Shown one piece after another: positions 1-6,864 of a stretch of 46,219 nt of DNA. Position 1 is the stretch's first letter. The number at the start of each line of letters is the position of its first letter. This stretch comes from Escherichia phage Rtp, in the sequence record NC_007603.1; one strand, given 5' to 3'. Both the position numbers and the translations under genes were made by a program. The notes beneath the pieces were generated by a model. The model was given only the letters and a program-made list of their open reading frames with translations. It did not search any database and was not told the DNA's origin.

Positions 1-214
1 AGCAATATTGCTTCAGATGCAATGATGTTTTTGATTGTTGCGGGTTGAGCAATGAAGTGATGAGTGAGTGAATGAAAGATTGATGGACTATCATACAAGT
101 TGATTTTGATCCTAGCTGAGCCATTTTAAGCATACGCGTTATAAAGGTTATGCCGTGTAGATTAGTCCTTCCGCGGAAATTCATACACGCCGTACCACGC
201 CAAGTTACGCCATA

Positions 215-296
215 GTTACACTATAATATCTATATATAACAACCATTTAGTGTAATTATTATTATTATATATATTACTATGTATATCATGTATATC
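215..296. repeat. about 80-bp AT-rich repeat, copy A
   Basis: TTACACTATAATATCTATATATAACAACC...TTATTATTATTATATATATTACTATGTATATCATGTA aligns at roughly 85 percent with 28088-28170. Confidence 0.7.
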
Positions 297-476
297 CCCC
301 TTGCGGGGAGGGTCGATAGTTTTTCTATGAAAATGACAATTTCTATATATATAAGGATAGGCATATACCCTCCGCGTTTTCCGCGGAAATCCATCTACAG
401 GCAAATTACATGAGCTATAGCTGGGCTTGGGCGCCCAAGAGCGTAGACATTGCCAAATATAAACACGAGATAACAC

Positions 477-504
477 TTGATAACGCGTATGTATGTGGTA
501 ATAT
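477..504 (+). promoter_or_regulatory. sigma70-like promoter (TTGATA-16bp-TAATAT, TGn extended -10)
   Basis: TTGATA at 477-482, 16-bp spacer, TAATAT at 499-504 preceded by TGG; lies upstream of the first ATG with an SD. Confidence 0.45.
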
Positions 505-545
505 GGAATCACCTTAACGAAGGGCAACCAATCAGGAGTAATAAA

Positions 546-1064
546 ATGTCAGAACATAAAGCAGTGGTAAGTCTCGGTGAAGTGGTTCGATACATGGCAA
601 AAAAGGCCCTGTCTAACGATACGAAATCATTTTTGGTGCCGGTGCGCATGATTGCACAGCAAGTGTATGGACTTGATAAAGTGGAAATGACGAGGGTGTA
701 CCAGGAAGACCTAGAGCCTGGTGGTAAGTACCACATGAATAAACTTAAATCATCATACGTTTCAAACACGGTAAGTCGCATGCCTGAAATCAAGTCTGCT
801 AACGTCAGGGCTAGACTCTCAATTAAGGACGCAGAGTTTGAGGGGGAGGTGGTTAGATGCGCGGTGATCTCACTTGTGCCAGGAGCTATCAATAGTGGGT
901 CGCGCAATAAAGCAGAGGCAGAGAAGGAGGCGGCAACCATTGAAAGGTTCAAGGCTCGACTGCTCAAGCTGTCACCGAGCGTCGCTGGCCTGGAAGGCGA
1001 TGAACTTAAGGGGGCCGTGGCAATGATTAACGCCTATCAGGAAATGATTAAGGAGACCAACTAA
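546..1064 (+). CDS. hypothetical early protein (173 aa)
   Basis: ORF track 477..1064 trimmed to ATG 546, which has AGGAG 8 nt upstream; the 477 start lies inside the promoter. Confidence 0.6.
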   Translation: MSEHKAVVSLGEVVRYMAKKALSNDTKSFLVPVRMIAQQVYGLDKVEMTRVYQEDLEPGGKYHMNKLKSSYVSNTVSRMPEIKSANVRARLSIKDAEFEGEVVRCAVISLVPGAINSGSRNKAEAEKEAATIERFKARLLKLSPSVAGLEGDELKGAVAMINAYQEMIKETN

Positions 1065-1123
1065 TGTTTGATTTTACCGAAGAGAAGCTGACAGATGAGC
1101 AGGTTATGAGGATTGTAGAATGA
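1064..1123 (+). CDS. 19-codon ORF MFDFTEEKLTDEQVMRIVE, homologous to the N-terminus of the 42193..43776 protein (possible gene remnant or translated mini-ORF)
   Basis: Strong SD AAGGAG 8 nt upstream, TAATG overlap with upstream stop; 13 of 17 residues match MFDFNEDKLSVEQVMAI of the minus-strand P-loop protein. Confidence 0.3.
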   Translation: MFDFTEEKLTDEQVMRIVE

Positions 1124-1383
1124 AACGTTTAATGAAATGCATGACTATTATTGCGGCAATGGTTGCTCTTACTGGCTGCAAGAAGGCGTCGGAGGTTCAG
1201 ATTCAGTCAGGTGAGTTCAATGTGGAGCGTCTATTCACAGTGGATGGATGTACCGCCTACCGATTCCTAGATAACAGTAGAGCCGTCTACTACACAAATT
1301 GCCATGGCAGTACGCAGAGTGAGTACAAGTCAGGCAGGGTCATGAAACAAGAAACAGTTCAGACAGATCGCACGAATTGGTAA
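1120..1383 (+). CDS. putative lipoprotein (87 aa)
   Basis: N-terminal signal with lipobox LTGC (MKRLMKCMTIIAAMVALTGC); GAGGA SD 7 nt upstream of ATG. Confidence 0.6.
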   Translation: MKRLMKCMTIIAAMVALTGCKKASEVQIQSGEFNVERLFTVDGCTAYRFLDNSRAVYYTNCHGSTQSEYKSGRVMKQETVQTDRTNW

Positions 1384-1443
1384 AAGGGGATTCATCCTGA
1401 CTGGTATAATCCCCATATAAAAAACGAGAAAGGAAGTTAACGA

Positions 1444-1983
1444 ATGAATCAGATGTACACCATGATTAAGCATCAACTGAACACGGAAGCAATAAATAAG
1501 CCCGTATACGTGTTTGACTACGACGGCACGCTATCGGACAGCTCTCATCGACTTGACAAGCTGCCAGCAAACGACTTGCATCTCACGGAGTCATGGTCTG
1601 AGTTCAACCGATTGTCAATACGTGACGAACCTATCGAATCAACCATTCAGGTAATGAATAGCCTCTTCGACTCAGGCGCATTCATAATCATCCTAACAGG
1701 CAGGTCAGATGAGACGTGTGAGATTTCTACTCAGTGGCTTCATGATGCCGGAGCAAAATACAACGTGATGGTCATGCGCCAGGCTAGCGACAACCGAAAA
1801 GACACAGTTATTAAAGAGGAGTTTTTACGATACATTGGCTTGCATCGAATCACCGCCTCGTGTGATGATAGCCCAAATGTGGTAGAGCACCTAAGAGGCC
1901 TAGGTATTACCACGTATCAGGTATGTGACTATGGCGATAAACTACACACCGGACTCGGATCGCATGGCGTTCATCATAAGTGA
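1444..1983 (+). CDS. HAD-superfamily phosphatase (possible polynucleotide 3'-phosphatase / nucleotidase)
   Basis: N-terminal DxDGT motif (FDYDGTL) typical of HAD hydrolases; SD AAGGAAG upstream. Confidence 0.55.
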   Translation: MNQMYTMIKHQLNTEAINKPVYVFDYDGTLSDSSHRLDKLPANDLHLTESWSEFNRLSIRDEPIESTIQVMNSLFDSGAFIIILTGRSDETCEISTQWLHDAGAKYNVMVMRQASDNRKDTVIKEEFLRYIGLHRITASCDDSPNVVEHLRGLGITTYQVCDYGDKLHTGLGSHGVHHK

Positions 1984-2101
1984 CGATATACGAACATAAA
2001 TTCAGCAGCAGGGGTATTGATATGCTCCTGCACTATGTAGACGAAAAATACGCAAAGCTCATGCTTAAGACGCATGGCGGCACAATAGCGAGGATTAATA
2101 T

Positions 2102-2362
2102 ATGAGCAAGTACGACCGCAGAATCATTGGTATTGATGGCACGGTAACGACAGTAGATGTTTATCGTGTTCTTGAAGCTTTTGGCGTATCTGACCCAGCA
2201 ACGCAGCACGCGGTAAAGAAGATGCTTTGTATGGGGTTGCGTGGCCACAAAGATTACTTAACTGATCTTAATGACTCTATTGAGTCACTACAGAAAGCTA
2301 AAGAGCTTTACGGGCAGAAGATGATTCATGAATCGTCTAAATCAATCCAGGCTGGTAAATAG
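2102..2362 (+). CDS. hypothetical protein (86 aa)
   Basis: ORF with AGGA SD; its TAG stop is the first triplet of the palindromic cassette. Confidence 0.55.
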   Translation: MSKYDRRIIGIDGTVTTVDVYRVLEAFGVSDPATQHAVKKMLCMGLRGHKDYLTDLNDSIESLQKAKELYGQKMIHESSKSIQAGK

Positions 2363-2402
2363 CACGAATTGCTAAAACCGCTCCGGCGGTTTTAGTTATA
2401 GT
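2360..2402 (+). promoter_or_regulatory. palindrome-promoter cassette (TAGCACGAATTGCTAAA, 22 bp, TATAGT)
   Basis: TAGCA-N5-TGCTA palindrome at 2360-2374; TATAGT at 2397-2402; small inverted repeat AAAACCGC/GCGGTTTT in the spacer. Confidence 0.5.
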
Positions 2403-2431
2403 TAGTTAACACCAAACGAGAGGAAAGAGAA

Positions 2432-2524
2432 ATGAAGCAATACCCATCAAGTAATCACCATAACGGTCACATCATGCAGTTCTACCGCCACAATCTGAAG
2501 ACTAAGGGAGTATTTGGAAAATGA
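2432..2524 (+). CDS. small ORF (30 aa)
   Basis: ATG 2432 behind cassette leader SD GAGAGGAAAGAG; ATGA overlap with next gene. Confidence 0.4.
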   Translation: MKQYPSSNHHNGHIMQFYRHNLKTKGVFGK

Positions 2525-2745
2525 TTACAATTAACCTATCAGATAAAGACGCCGCAATCCTGAAGAGCATAGCTCAATTCAGTAACTCCAGCCCATTCGA
2601 GCAGATGAGGGTTGCCAAAGAGGTCGTGACGCAGATTAATAACCAGCAGTTCGACGTCGGCGACTTCGAGTCATCACGTCAGTACGAGGCGCTTAGCGTA
2701 AATGCGGCATACCTTAACAATTGGGATAAGGCGAATAAGAAATGA
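2521..2745 (+). CDS. hypothetical protein (74 aa)
   Basis: ORF track; start overlaps the upstream stop (translational coupling). Confidence 0.5.
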   Translation: MITINLSDKDAAILKSIAQFSNSSPFEQMRVAKEVVTQINNQQFDVGDFESSRQYEALSVNAAYLNNWDKANKK

Positions 2746-2930
2746 AAGATATTAAAACCACAGATCGAAGCGATGACTCCCTAATGTTCCAGGTTGACAG
2801 CAAGACAACGAAAGAGCACATGAATAAACTGGAGTCATTTGGGATTGATGTTGGCGTATCGAAAACAACATATGCCGATAAAATAATCAAATCAGCCATT
2901 CAATATAATGTTGGGTTCGGGGAGGGCTGA
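2742..2930 (+). CDS. hypothetical protein (62 aa)
   Basis: ORF track; ATGA overlap with upstream gene. Confidence 0.5.
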   Translation: MKDIKTTDRSDDSLMFQVDSKTTKEHMNKLESFGIDVGVSKTTYADKIIKSAIQYNVGFGEG

Positions 2931-2933
2931 AGG

Positions 2934-3080
2934 ATGATTTACATTCACACTTACTACACAGGTAAGTTTAATAGCGTTAAGCACGTTCGGCTACATGAGA
3001 AGAAGATCGATGCGATTAAGCAACATGAAGTTCTTGGAGGTGTAGTTATTGAGGCAATGAAAACCCAAAACATCAAATAG
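2934..3080 (+). CDS. small ORF (48 aa)
   Basis: ATG 2934 with GAAGG SD; TAG stop at 3078 is shared with the palindrome; below the ORF-track length cutoff. Confidence 0.4.
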   Translation: MIYIHTYYTGKFNSVKHVRLHEKKIDAIKQHEVLGGVVIEAMKTQNIK

Positions 3081-3120
3081 CACGAATTGCTAAAACAGTA
3101 CCGGGGTAATTTGTTATAGT
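3078..3120 (+). promoter_or_regulatory. palindrome-promoter cassette
   Basis: TAGCACGAATTGCTAAAA at 3078; 22-bp spacer; TATAGT 3115-3120 followed by TACCCCATCGACAAC leader. Confidence 0.5.
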
Positions 3121-3151
3121 TACCCCATCGACAACTACCAAGGATTAAGCC

Positions 3152-3442
3152 ATGAAAACTATTACCGCATTTATCGCAAAAGATGTAATTGACGGAGAAA
3201 TGTCATTATTCGCGTTCGAGCATAAAACGGGATCGCACTGGCACACTTACAGTCATTACATCGTTATCCCAACCAGCGCCTGCACTGGAGACTCACTAAA
3301 TGAGAAGCTGCGTAATTTAATTGAGTTAGTTGAGATAATGGAAGGTTGCGAGGAAAATAACAAAGTACCACGCATGTTCGATATGATTGATCCGGTTTTC
3401 ATTGAGTCTTTAGAGCTTGATTATGATGTGGTATCTAGTTGA
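3152..3442 (+). CDS. hypothetical protein (96 aa)
   Basis: ORF track; SD AAGGA upstream; downstream of a cassette. Confidence 0.55.
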   Translation: MKTITAFIAKDVIDGEMSLFAFEHKTGSHWHTYSHYIVIPTSACTGDSLNEKLRNLIELVEIMEGCEENNKVPRMFDMIDPVFIESLELDYDVVSS

Positions 3443-3459
3443 GGAAGTAGGGTGAGCGA

Positions 3460-3502
3460 TAGCACTTTTTATTAAAAAAGGATCGGACTATCTTGCTATA
3501 GT
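3460..3502 (+). promoter_or_regulatory. palindrome-promoter cassette (variant TAGCACTTTTTATTAAAA)
   Basis: TAGCAC at 3460; TTGCTATAGTTACCCCATCGAAAC at 3493-3516. Confidence 0.45.
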
Positions 3503-3533
3503 TACCCCATCGAAACTAAACGAGGAAGCGCAA

Positions 3534-3713
3534 ATGAAATTTCAACAGAGCAAACCCAAGCTCCAGGCCAACCACTTCGACGGCTACGCGACATTCATCA
3601 TTGCCCAGGCTTGCGGGATGCGTGACGAGCCACAGGTTCACACCATCCACATGACCGAAGAACAGGCCCGAGAGTTGGCGTACGAAATTCTAGAGCAATT
3701 AAACCGAATTTAA
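3534..3713 (+). CDS. small ORF (59 aa)
   Basis: ATG 3534 behind cassette leader with SD GAGGAAG. Confidence 0.45.
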   Translation: MKFQQSKPKLQANHFDGYATFIIAQACGMRDEPQVHTIHMTEEQARELAYEILEQLNRI

Positions 3714-3764
3714 CGCCCATAAAACGCATTCTAACGAACTATAATTTAAGTAAGGTGATTCATC

Positions 3765-3887
3765 ATGGAAGTACAAGAAAGCCCTGTAGAGTGGTGCAAG
3801 CGAATGCAGGACGAGGCCAAAACGGGTGAAGAGGCAATGGCCTACTACGAGTTGACGAAAATTTGGATGGAACGGGAGAAGAAATAA
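3765..3887 (+). CDS. small ORF (40 aa)
   Basis: ATG 3765 with SD AAGGTGA; TAATG overlap with the next ORF. Confidence 0.35.
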   Translation: MEVQESPVEWCKRMQDEAKTGEEAMAYYELTKIWMEREKK

Positions 3888-4030
3888 TGAGCTTCACTGA
3901 ATATGCAATAGCATGCGAAAGGCTGGTCTTTGATATGAAGACCTTCCACTGGTTCATCATTAAAGATTTAATTAAGCCTTATAAGCAAGGCGTCACGCCT
4001 GAACAGTTTGTTAAGTCATTCTACAAATAG
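3887..4030 (+). CDS. small ORF (47 aa)
   Basis: Translationally coupled start; TAG stop shared with the palindrome at 4028. Confidence 0.4.
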   Translation: MSFTEYAIACERLVFDMKTFHWFIIKDLIKPYKQGVTPEQFVKSFYK

Positions 4031-4070
4031 CACTAATTGCTAAACGCAGTCGCCAAGGATGGCATATAAT
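4028..4070 (+). promoter_or_regulatory. palindrome-promoter cassette
   Basis: TAGCACTAATTGCTAAA; 22-bp spacer with inverted repeat GCCAAGGATGGC; TATAAT 4065-4070. Confidence 0.5.
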
Positions 4071-4100
4071 TACCCAATCAACACAACGAGAGATTGAGAG

Positions 4101-4283
4101 ATGAAAAAAGCTAGTGAACTATTCGAGCACTACGTTGAAGTTTTAGGAATGGACATTGATGATGCGGCTTTGGAGCTTTTACGTCTTGGATACCCACCGA
4201 GAGAGATACCACCAATAAGAGATCTTGACTGCTCCGAGGTTATTGAGTTTATTTTCAGTCAGTTACGAACTAATGATAACTAA
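4101..4283 (+). CDS. hypothetical protein (60 aa)
   Basis: ORF track; SD GAGAGATTGAGAG leader. Confidence 0.5.
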   Translation: MKKASELFEHYVEVLGMDIDDAALELLRLGYPPREIPPIRDLDCSEVIEFIFSQLRTNDN

Positions 4284-4298
4284 GCAGGAGATTGAGAC

Positions 4299-4535
4299 AT
4301 GTTCGGACTAAATGACGCATACTTTAACGCGGTAAAACGCCAGGCAGACAAGCTAAATGATGAGTACAGCAAGCTGGGCGCAAAGAAGAAAGATGATAAG
4401 GTTGTTGCCGCACTAATCACACAGATTTGGGGTCCAGTATCAACCTTAATCGCTCGCGATAAATTCGTGTGGATTGCGGGTTATAGAAAAGGTCGCGTGG
4501 GTCATGACGAGAATGGGAATAGTCTTTATGAGTGA
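4299..4535 (+). CDS. hypothetical protein (78 aa)
   Basis: ORF track; SD AGGAGATTGAGAC upstream. Confidence 0.5.
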   Translation: MFGLNDAYFNAVKRQADKLNDEYSKLGAKKKDDKVVAALITQIWGPVSTLIARDKFVWIAGYRKGRVGHDENGNSLYE

Positions 4536-4614
4536 GTTAACAATCTGGTTTATCGCGGGGCTGATTGCTTGGGGTTACTTTTTAATCGCTTAGATGGAGA
4601 TTGTTAAAAAGAGC

Positions 4615-4643
4615 TTGCATCACTGAGTGGAACTATCTAATAT
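4615..4643 (+). promoter_or_regulatory. sigma70-like promoter (TTGCAT-17bp-TAATAT) upstream of the tRNA region
   Basis: Hexamers read directly; no ORF in the following 250 nt before the tRNA. Confidence 0.4.
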
Positions 4644-4892
4644 TAACCACGTAGACAAACGAGGCCACCAAGTGGCAACGGCGCACGGAGCGCACTACAC
4701 GGTAAGTCCGTAGCTCATTAATTAGCGTATGCGGCGCATAAAATCCCACATGGGACTTGTAAGACCTAGCGCAAATAGGCCGACATGTTCCAAGTCGAAA
4801 AAACTGACCGGACCTGAGCATGTCACTAAAGTAGCTCTATGTTAATCGGTCGTTACAGGCGACCCCGGAGCCGTAACCGGGACTCATTCAAA

Positions 4893-4969
4893 GCCCCGCT
4901 AGCTCAATTGGATAGAGCAACGACCTTCTAAGTCGTAGGTTACTGGTTCGAATCCAGTGCGGAGCGCCA
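4893..4969 (+). tRNA. tRNA-Arg (anticodon UCU)
   Basis: Hand-folded cloverleaf: acceptor GCCCCGC/GCGGAGC (one C-A mismatch), D-arm GCTC-AATTGGATA-GAGC, anticodon arm ACGAC-CTTCTAA-GTCGT, T-arm ACTGG-TTCGAAT-CCAGT, encoded CCA. Confidence 0.7.
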
Positions 4970-4996
4970 AGCTAAACCAATAATCCTGGGGGATTT

Positions 4997-5182
4997 ATGA
5001 AAATTGTAACATTTATCGTAAAAGATTCAGAAACAGGCTCCGTTCAGAAGTTTAACGCAAAGATGGACTTCACGAAAACCCGAGTTATCAAAGGCTCACT
5101 TAATGGAGTTTCTGTATCAGCGCAGCTCCCGCATGGCTTCGAACACTTATTCGGAAAAGAGTCATCAAATGACGATGAGTAG
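4997..5182 (+). CDS. hypothetical protein (61 aa)
   Basis: ORF track; SD GGGGGA upstream. Confidence 0.45.
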   Translation: MKIVTFIVKDSETGSVQKFNAKMDFTKTRVIKGSLNGVSVSAQLPHGFEHLFGKESSNDDE

Positions 5183-5366
5183 CTTGTGGGATGTGAAGTT
5201 GTCCATTCGCTTAATGGGCCGCTCGTGCAAGAATTGCACTCAAGATTACATCGCGTCAGTTGCCGCAATCAGCGCTGAGGATGCGGTAGAGAAAGTAAAG
5301 GAGTTGTCGGGCGCTGACCCTGATACTCACAAATTCTTAGTAGCTTACGTTCGTGAGCGAAAGTAA
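5169..5366 (+). CDS. hypothetical protein (about 65 aa; start uncertain)
   Basis: ORF track 5103..5366 trimmed to in-frame ATG 5169 overlapping the end of the upstream ORF. Confidence 0.35.
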   Translation: MTMSSLWDVKLSIRLMGRSCKNCTQDYIASVAAISAEDAVEKVKELSGADPDTHKFLVAYVRERK

Positions 5367-5409
5367 AAAGTGTTATACCCTCGTTAAGTTTCGTTTCTCT
5401 CGTTGTTTT

Positions 5410-5433
5410 AGCCCTCGCTTGAGGGCTTTTTTT
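5410..5433 (+). terminator. rho-independent terminator
   Basis: GCCCTC-GCTT-GAGGGC hairpin followed by a T7 run. Confidence 0.6.
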
Positions 5434-5443
5434 CGCCTGCATG

Positions 5444-5472
5444 TTGACAATAATATATGGGTGCGTTAGTAT
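5444..5472 (+). promoter_or_regulatory. near-consensus sigma70 promoter (TTGACA-17bp-TAGTAT)
   Basis: Hexamers read directly. Confidence 0.5.
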
Positions 5473-5513
5473 TAACTCATCGGGGCGACCCACTAACCAG
5501 AAGGAGACTCAAA

Positions 5514-5738
5514 ATTATTACATTAAAAGCAATTCACAAAGACGGTAGCGAGCAGGTTTTTGAAGTCCATAAGTTCGGATACAACGTAAAATCAAATAGG
5601 ATTGACGCGGTTGATGATGCTGGCCCATTCACAATTTGCATGGGTGAGTTGATTTCAGTCGTGTACGCAATGAACTCGAGAGGCTCAACAGTTGGTAGGT
5701 ACTTCAATACCGGTATAGACAGAGCAAAAGCAGAGTAA
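5514..5738 (+). CDS. candidate ORF with non-canonical AUU start (about 74 aa), or alternatively a non-coding transcript
   Basis: AAGGAG at 5501-5506, in-frame ATT 7 nt downstream; the ORF-track ATG 5457 lies inside the promoter with no SD; unit bounded by promoter and terminator. Confidence 0.25.
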   Translation: MITLKAIHKDGSEQVFEVHKFGYNVKSNRIDAVDDAGPFTICMGELISVVYAMNSRGSTVGRYFNTGIDRAKAE

Positions 5739-5744
5739 ACACCA

Positions 5745-5768
5745 AGCCCCTTAATTGGGGCTTTTTTA
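5745..5768 (+). terminator. rho-independent terminator
   Basis: AGCCCC-TTAATT-GGGGCT hairpin plus T6. Confidence 0.6.
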
Positions 5769-5812
5769 CGCCTGTAATATGGTATAATCTACCATCAACA
5801 AAGGAGGATTAA

Positions 5813-6319
5813 ATGAGCAAAGCAGCATTAAAGATGGGTGAGGGAAATTTCAAGGCGCTCTACAACAAGAAGTATGGCGACATTGCTATGGTGGCAATCA
5901 ACCGCAAGTACACGCCTGAGGAGGTTTTCGATTTCGCCGTTCGATACTTCTCCTGGGCAGAGAGTGCAGCAATCAAGGCAGCCGAGACAGCGTCATTCCA
6001 GGGCGTAGTAACTGAACACCTCATACACAAGCCTCGAGTGTTCACCTTAACGGGTTTGGCGCTCTTCATGGGTGTTAACATCAATAGATTCGCTCGCTGG
6101 CGTACTGAGGCTGGATACTCTGATGTGATGGAATTCATTGATAACGTAATCTACGAGCAGAAATATCAGCTTGGTGTTGCAGGCATCATTAACTCCACCA
6201 TTGTTGGTAAAGAGTTGGGAATCGACAAGCCGCAGGAGATCACCATTAGCAATAACTCTACGGCTAACGATGTTGATAGCATGAAGGAAGCGCTTGAATC
6301 TGTGATTGGTAAGCTGTAG
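5813..6319 (+). CDS. putative terminase small subunit
   Basis: 168-aa ORF immediately upstream of the large terminase; SD AAGGAGG; extended -10 TGgTATAAT upstream; call by position and size only. Confidence 0.5.
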   Translation: MSKAALKMGEGNFKALYNKKYGDIAMVAINRKYTPEEVFDFAVRYFSWAESAAIKAAETASFQGVVTEHLIHKPRVFTLTGLALFMGVNINRFARWRTEAGYSDVMEFIDNVIYEQKYQLGVAGIINSTIVGKELGIDKPQEITISNNSTANDVDSMKEALESVIGKL

Positions 6320-6364
6320 CACTTTTTGTTAAAAGAAGAGGCCCAATCAATGAGATAATGGGCC
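6317..6364 (+). promoter_or_regulatory. palindrome-promoter cassette (variant TAGCACTTTTTGTTAAAA)
   Basis: TAG shared with the terS stop; 22-bp spacer; GATAAT 6354-6359 inside inverted repeat GGCCCA/TGGGCC. Confidence 0.45.
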
Positions 6365-6387
6365 CAATGAAATAACGAGGTGATGAT

Positions 6388-6864
6388 ATGAATTGGCATG
6401 ATATTTTTGATTATGATGGATGTAATTTATACAGAAGGGATTCTGGAAAAAAGGCTGGAACAAAAGCGGGCCCTAGAGGTTACATTCAGTGCAGAGTTGG
6501 TGGTGGACTACCTAAGGTTTATGCTCACAGGATTATATGGGAGATGCACAATGACAAGATACCTAACAGCATGGTTGTTGACCACATTAACCACATATAC
6601 GACGACAATAGAATTGAAAACCTAAGGTTAGTAACAGTTAAGGAAAATTCTAGCAACATTAAGAGATCAAAGAGAAATACAAGTGGCATACAAGGAGTTA
6701 GGAGAAGGAGTGATAACGGAAATTGGTACGCGGACTTAAGAGTTGATGGAAAGCTAAGGCAAATGCCAATGCGACATTGCTTTGAAGACGCAGCAGCCGA
6801 TAGGATATATCTTGAAGTGTACCACGGGTTTCATCCAAATCATGGAGCAATAGTAAATGAGTGA
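6388..6864 (+). CDS. HNH endonuclease with AP2 domain (homing endonuclease-like)
   Basis: HRIIWEMHNDKIPNSMVVDHINHIYDDNRIENLRLV motif; paralog of 21464..21979; sits between terS and terL. Confidence 0.8.
   Translation: MNWHDIFDYDGCNLYRRDSGKKAGTKAGPRGYIQCRVGGGLPKVYAHRIIWEMHNDKIPNSMVVDHINHIYDDNRIENLRLVTVKENSSNIKRSKRNTSGIQGVRRRSDNGNWYADLRVDGKLRQMPMRHCFEDAAADRIYLEVYHGFHPNHGAIVNE

Noticed and set aside
1-12. 12-bp palindrome AGCAATATTGCT at the very start of the window as a cassette copy
   Set aside because: Half-site spacing is N4 rather than N5 and it is truncated by the window edge; cannot be evaluated without upstream sequence.
509-967. 152-aa ORF on the minus strand
   Set aside because: Entirely antisense to the better-supported gene 546..1064 (promoter plus SD); no SD of its own.
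5457-5738. ATG 5457 as the start of the track ORF
   Set aside because: The ATG lies between the -35 and -10 hexamers of the promoter and has no SD; an in-frame ATT with a perfect SD, or a non-coding role, is more plausible.
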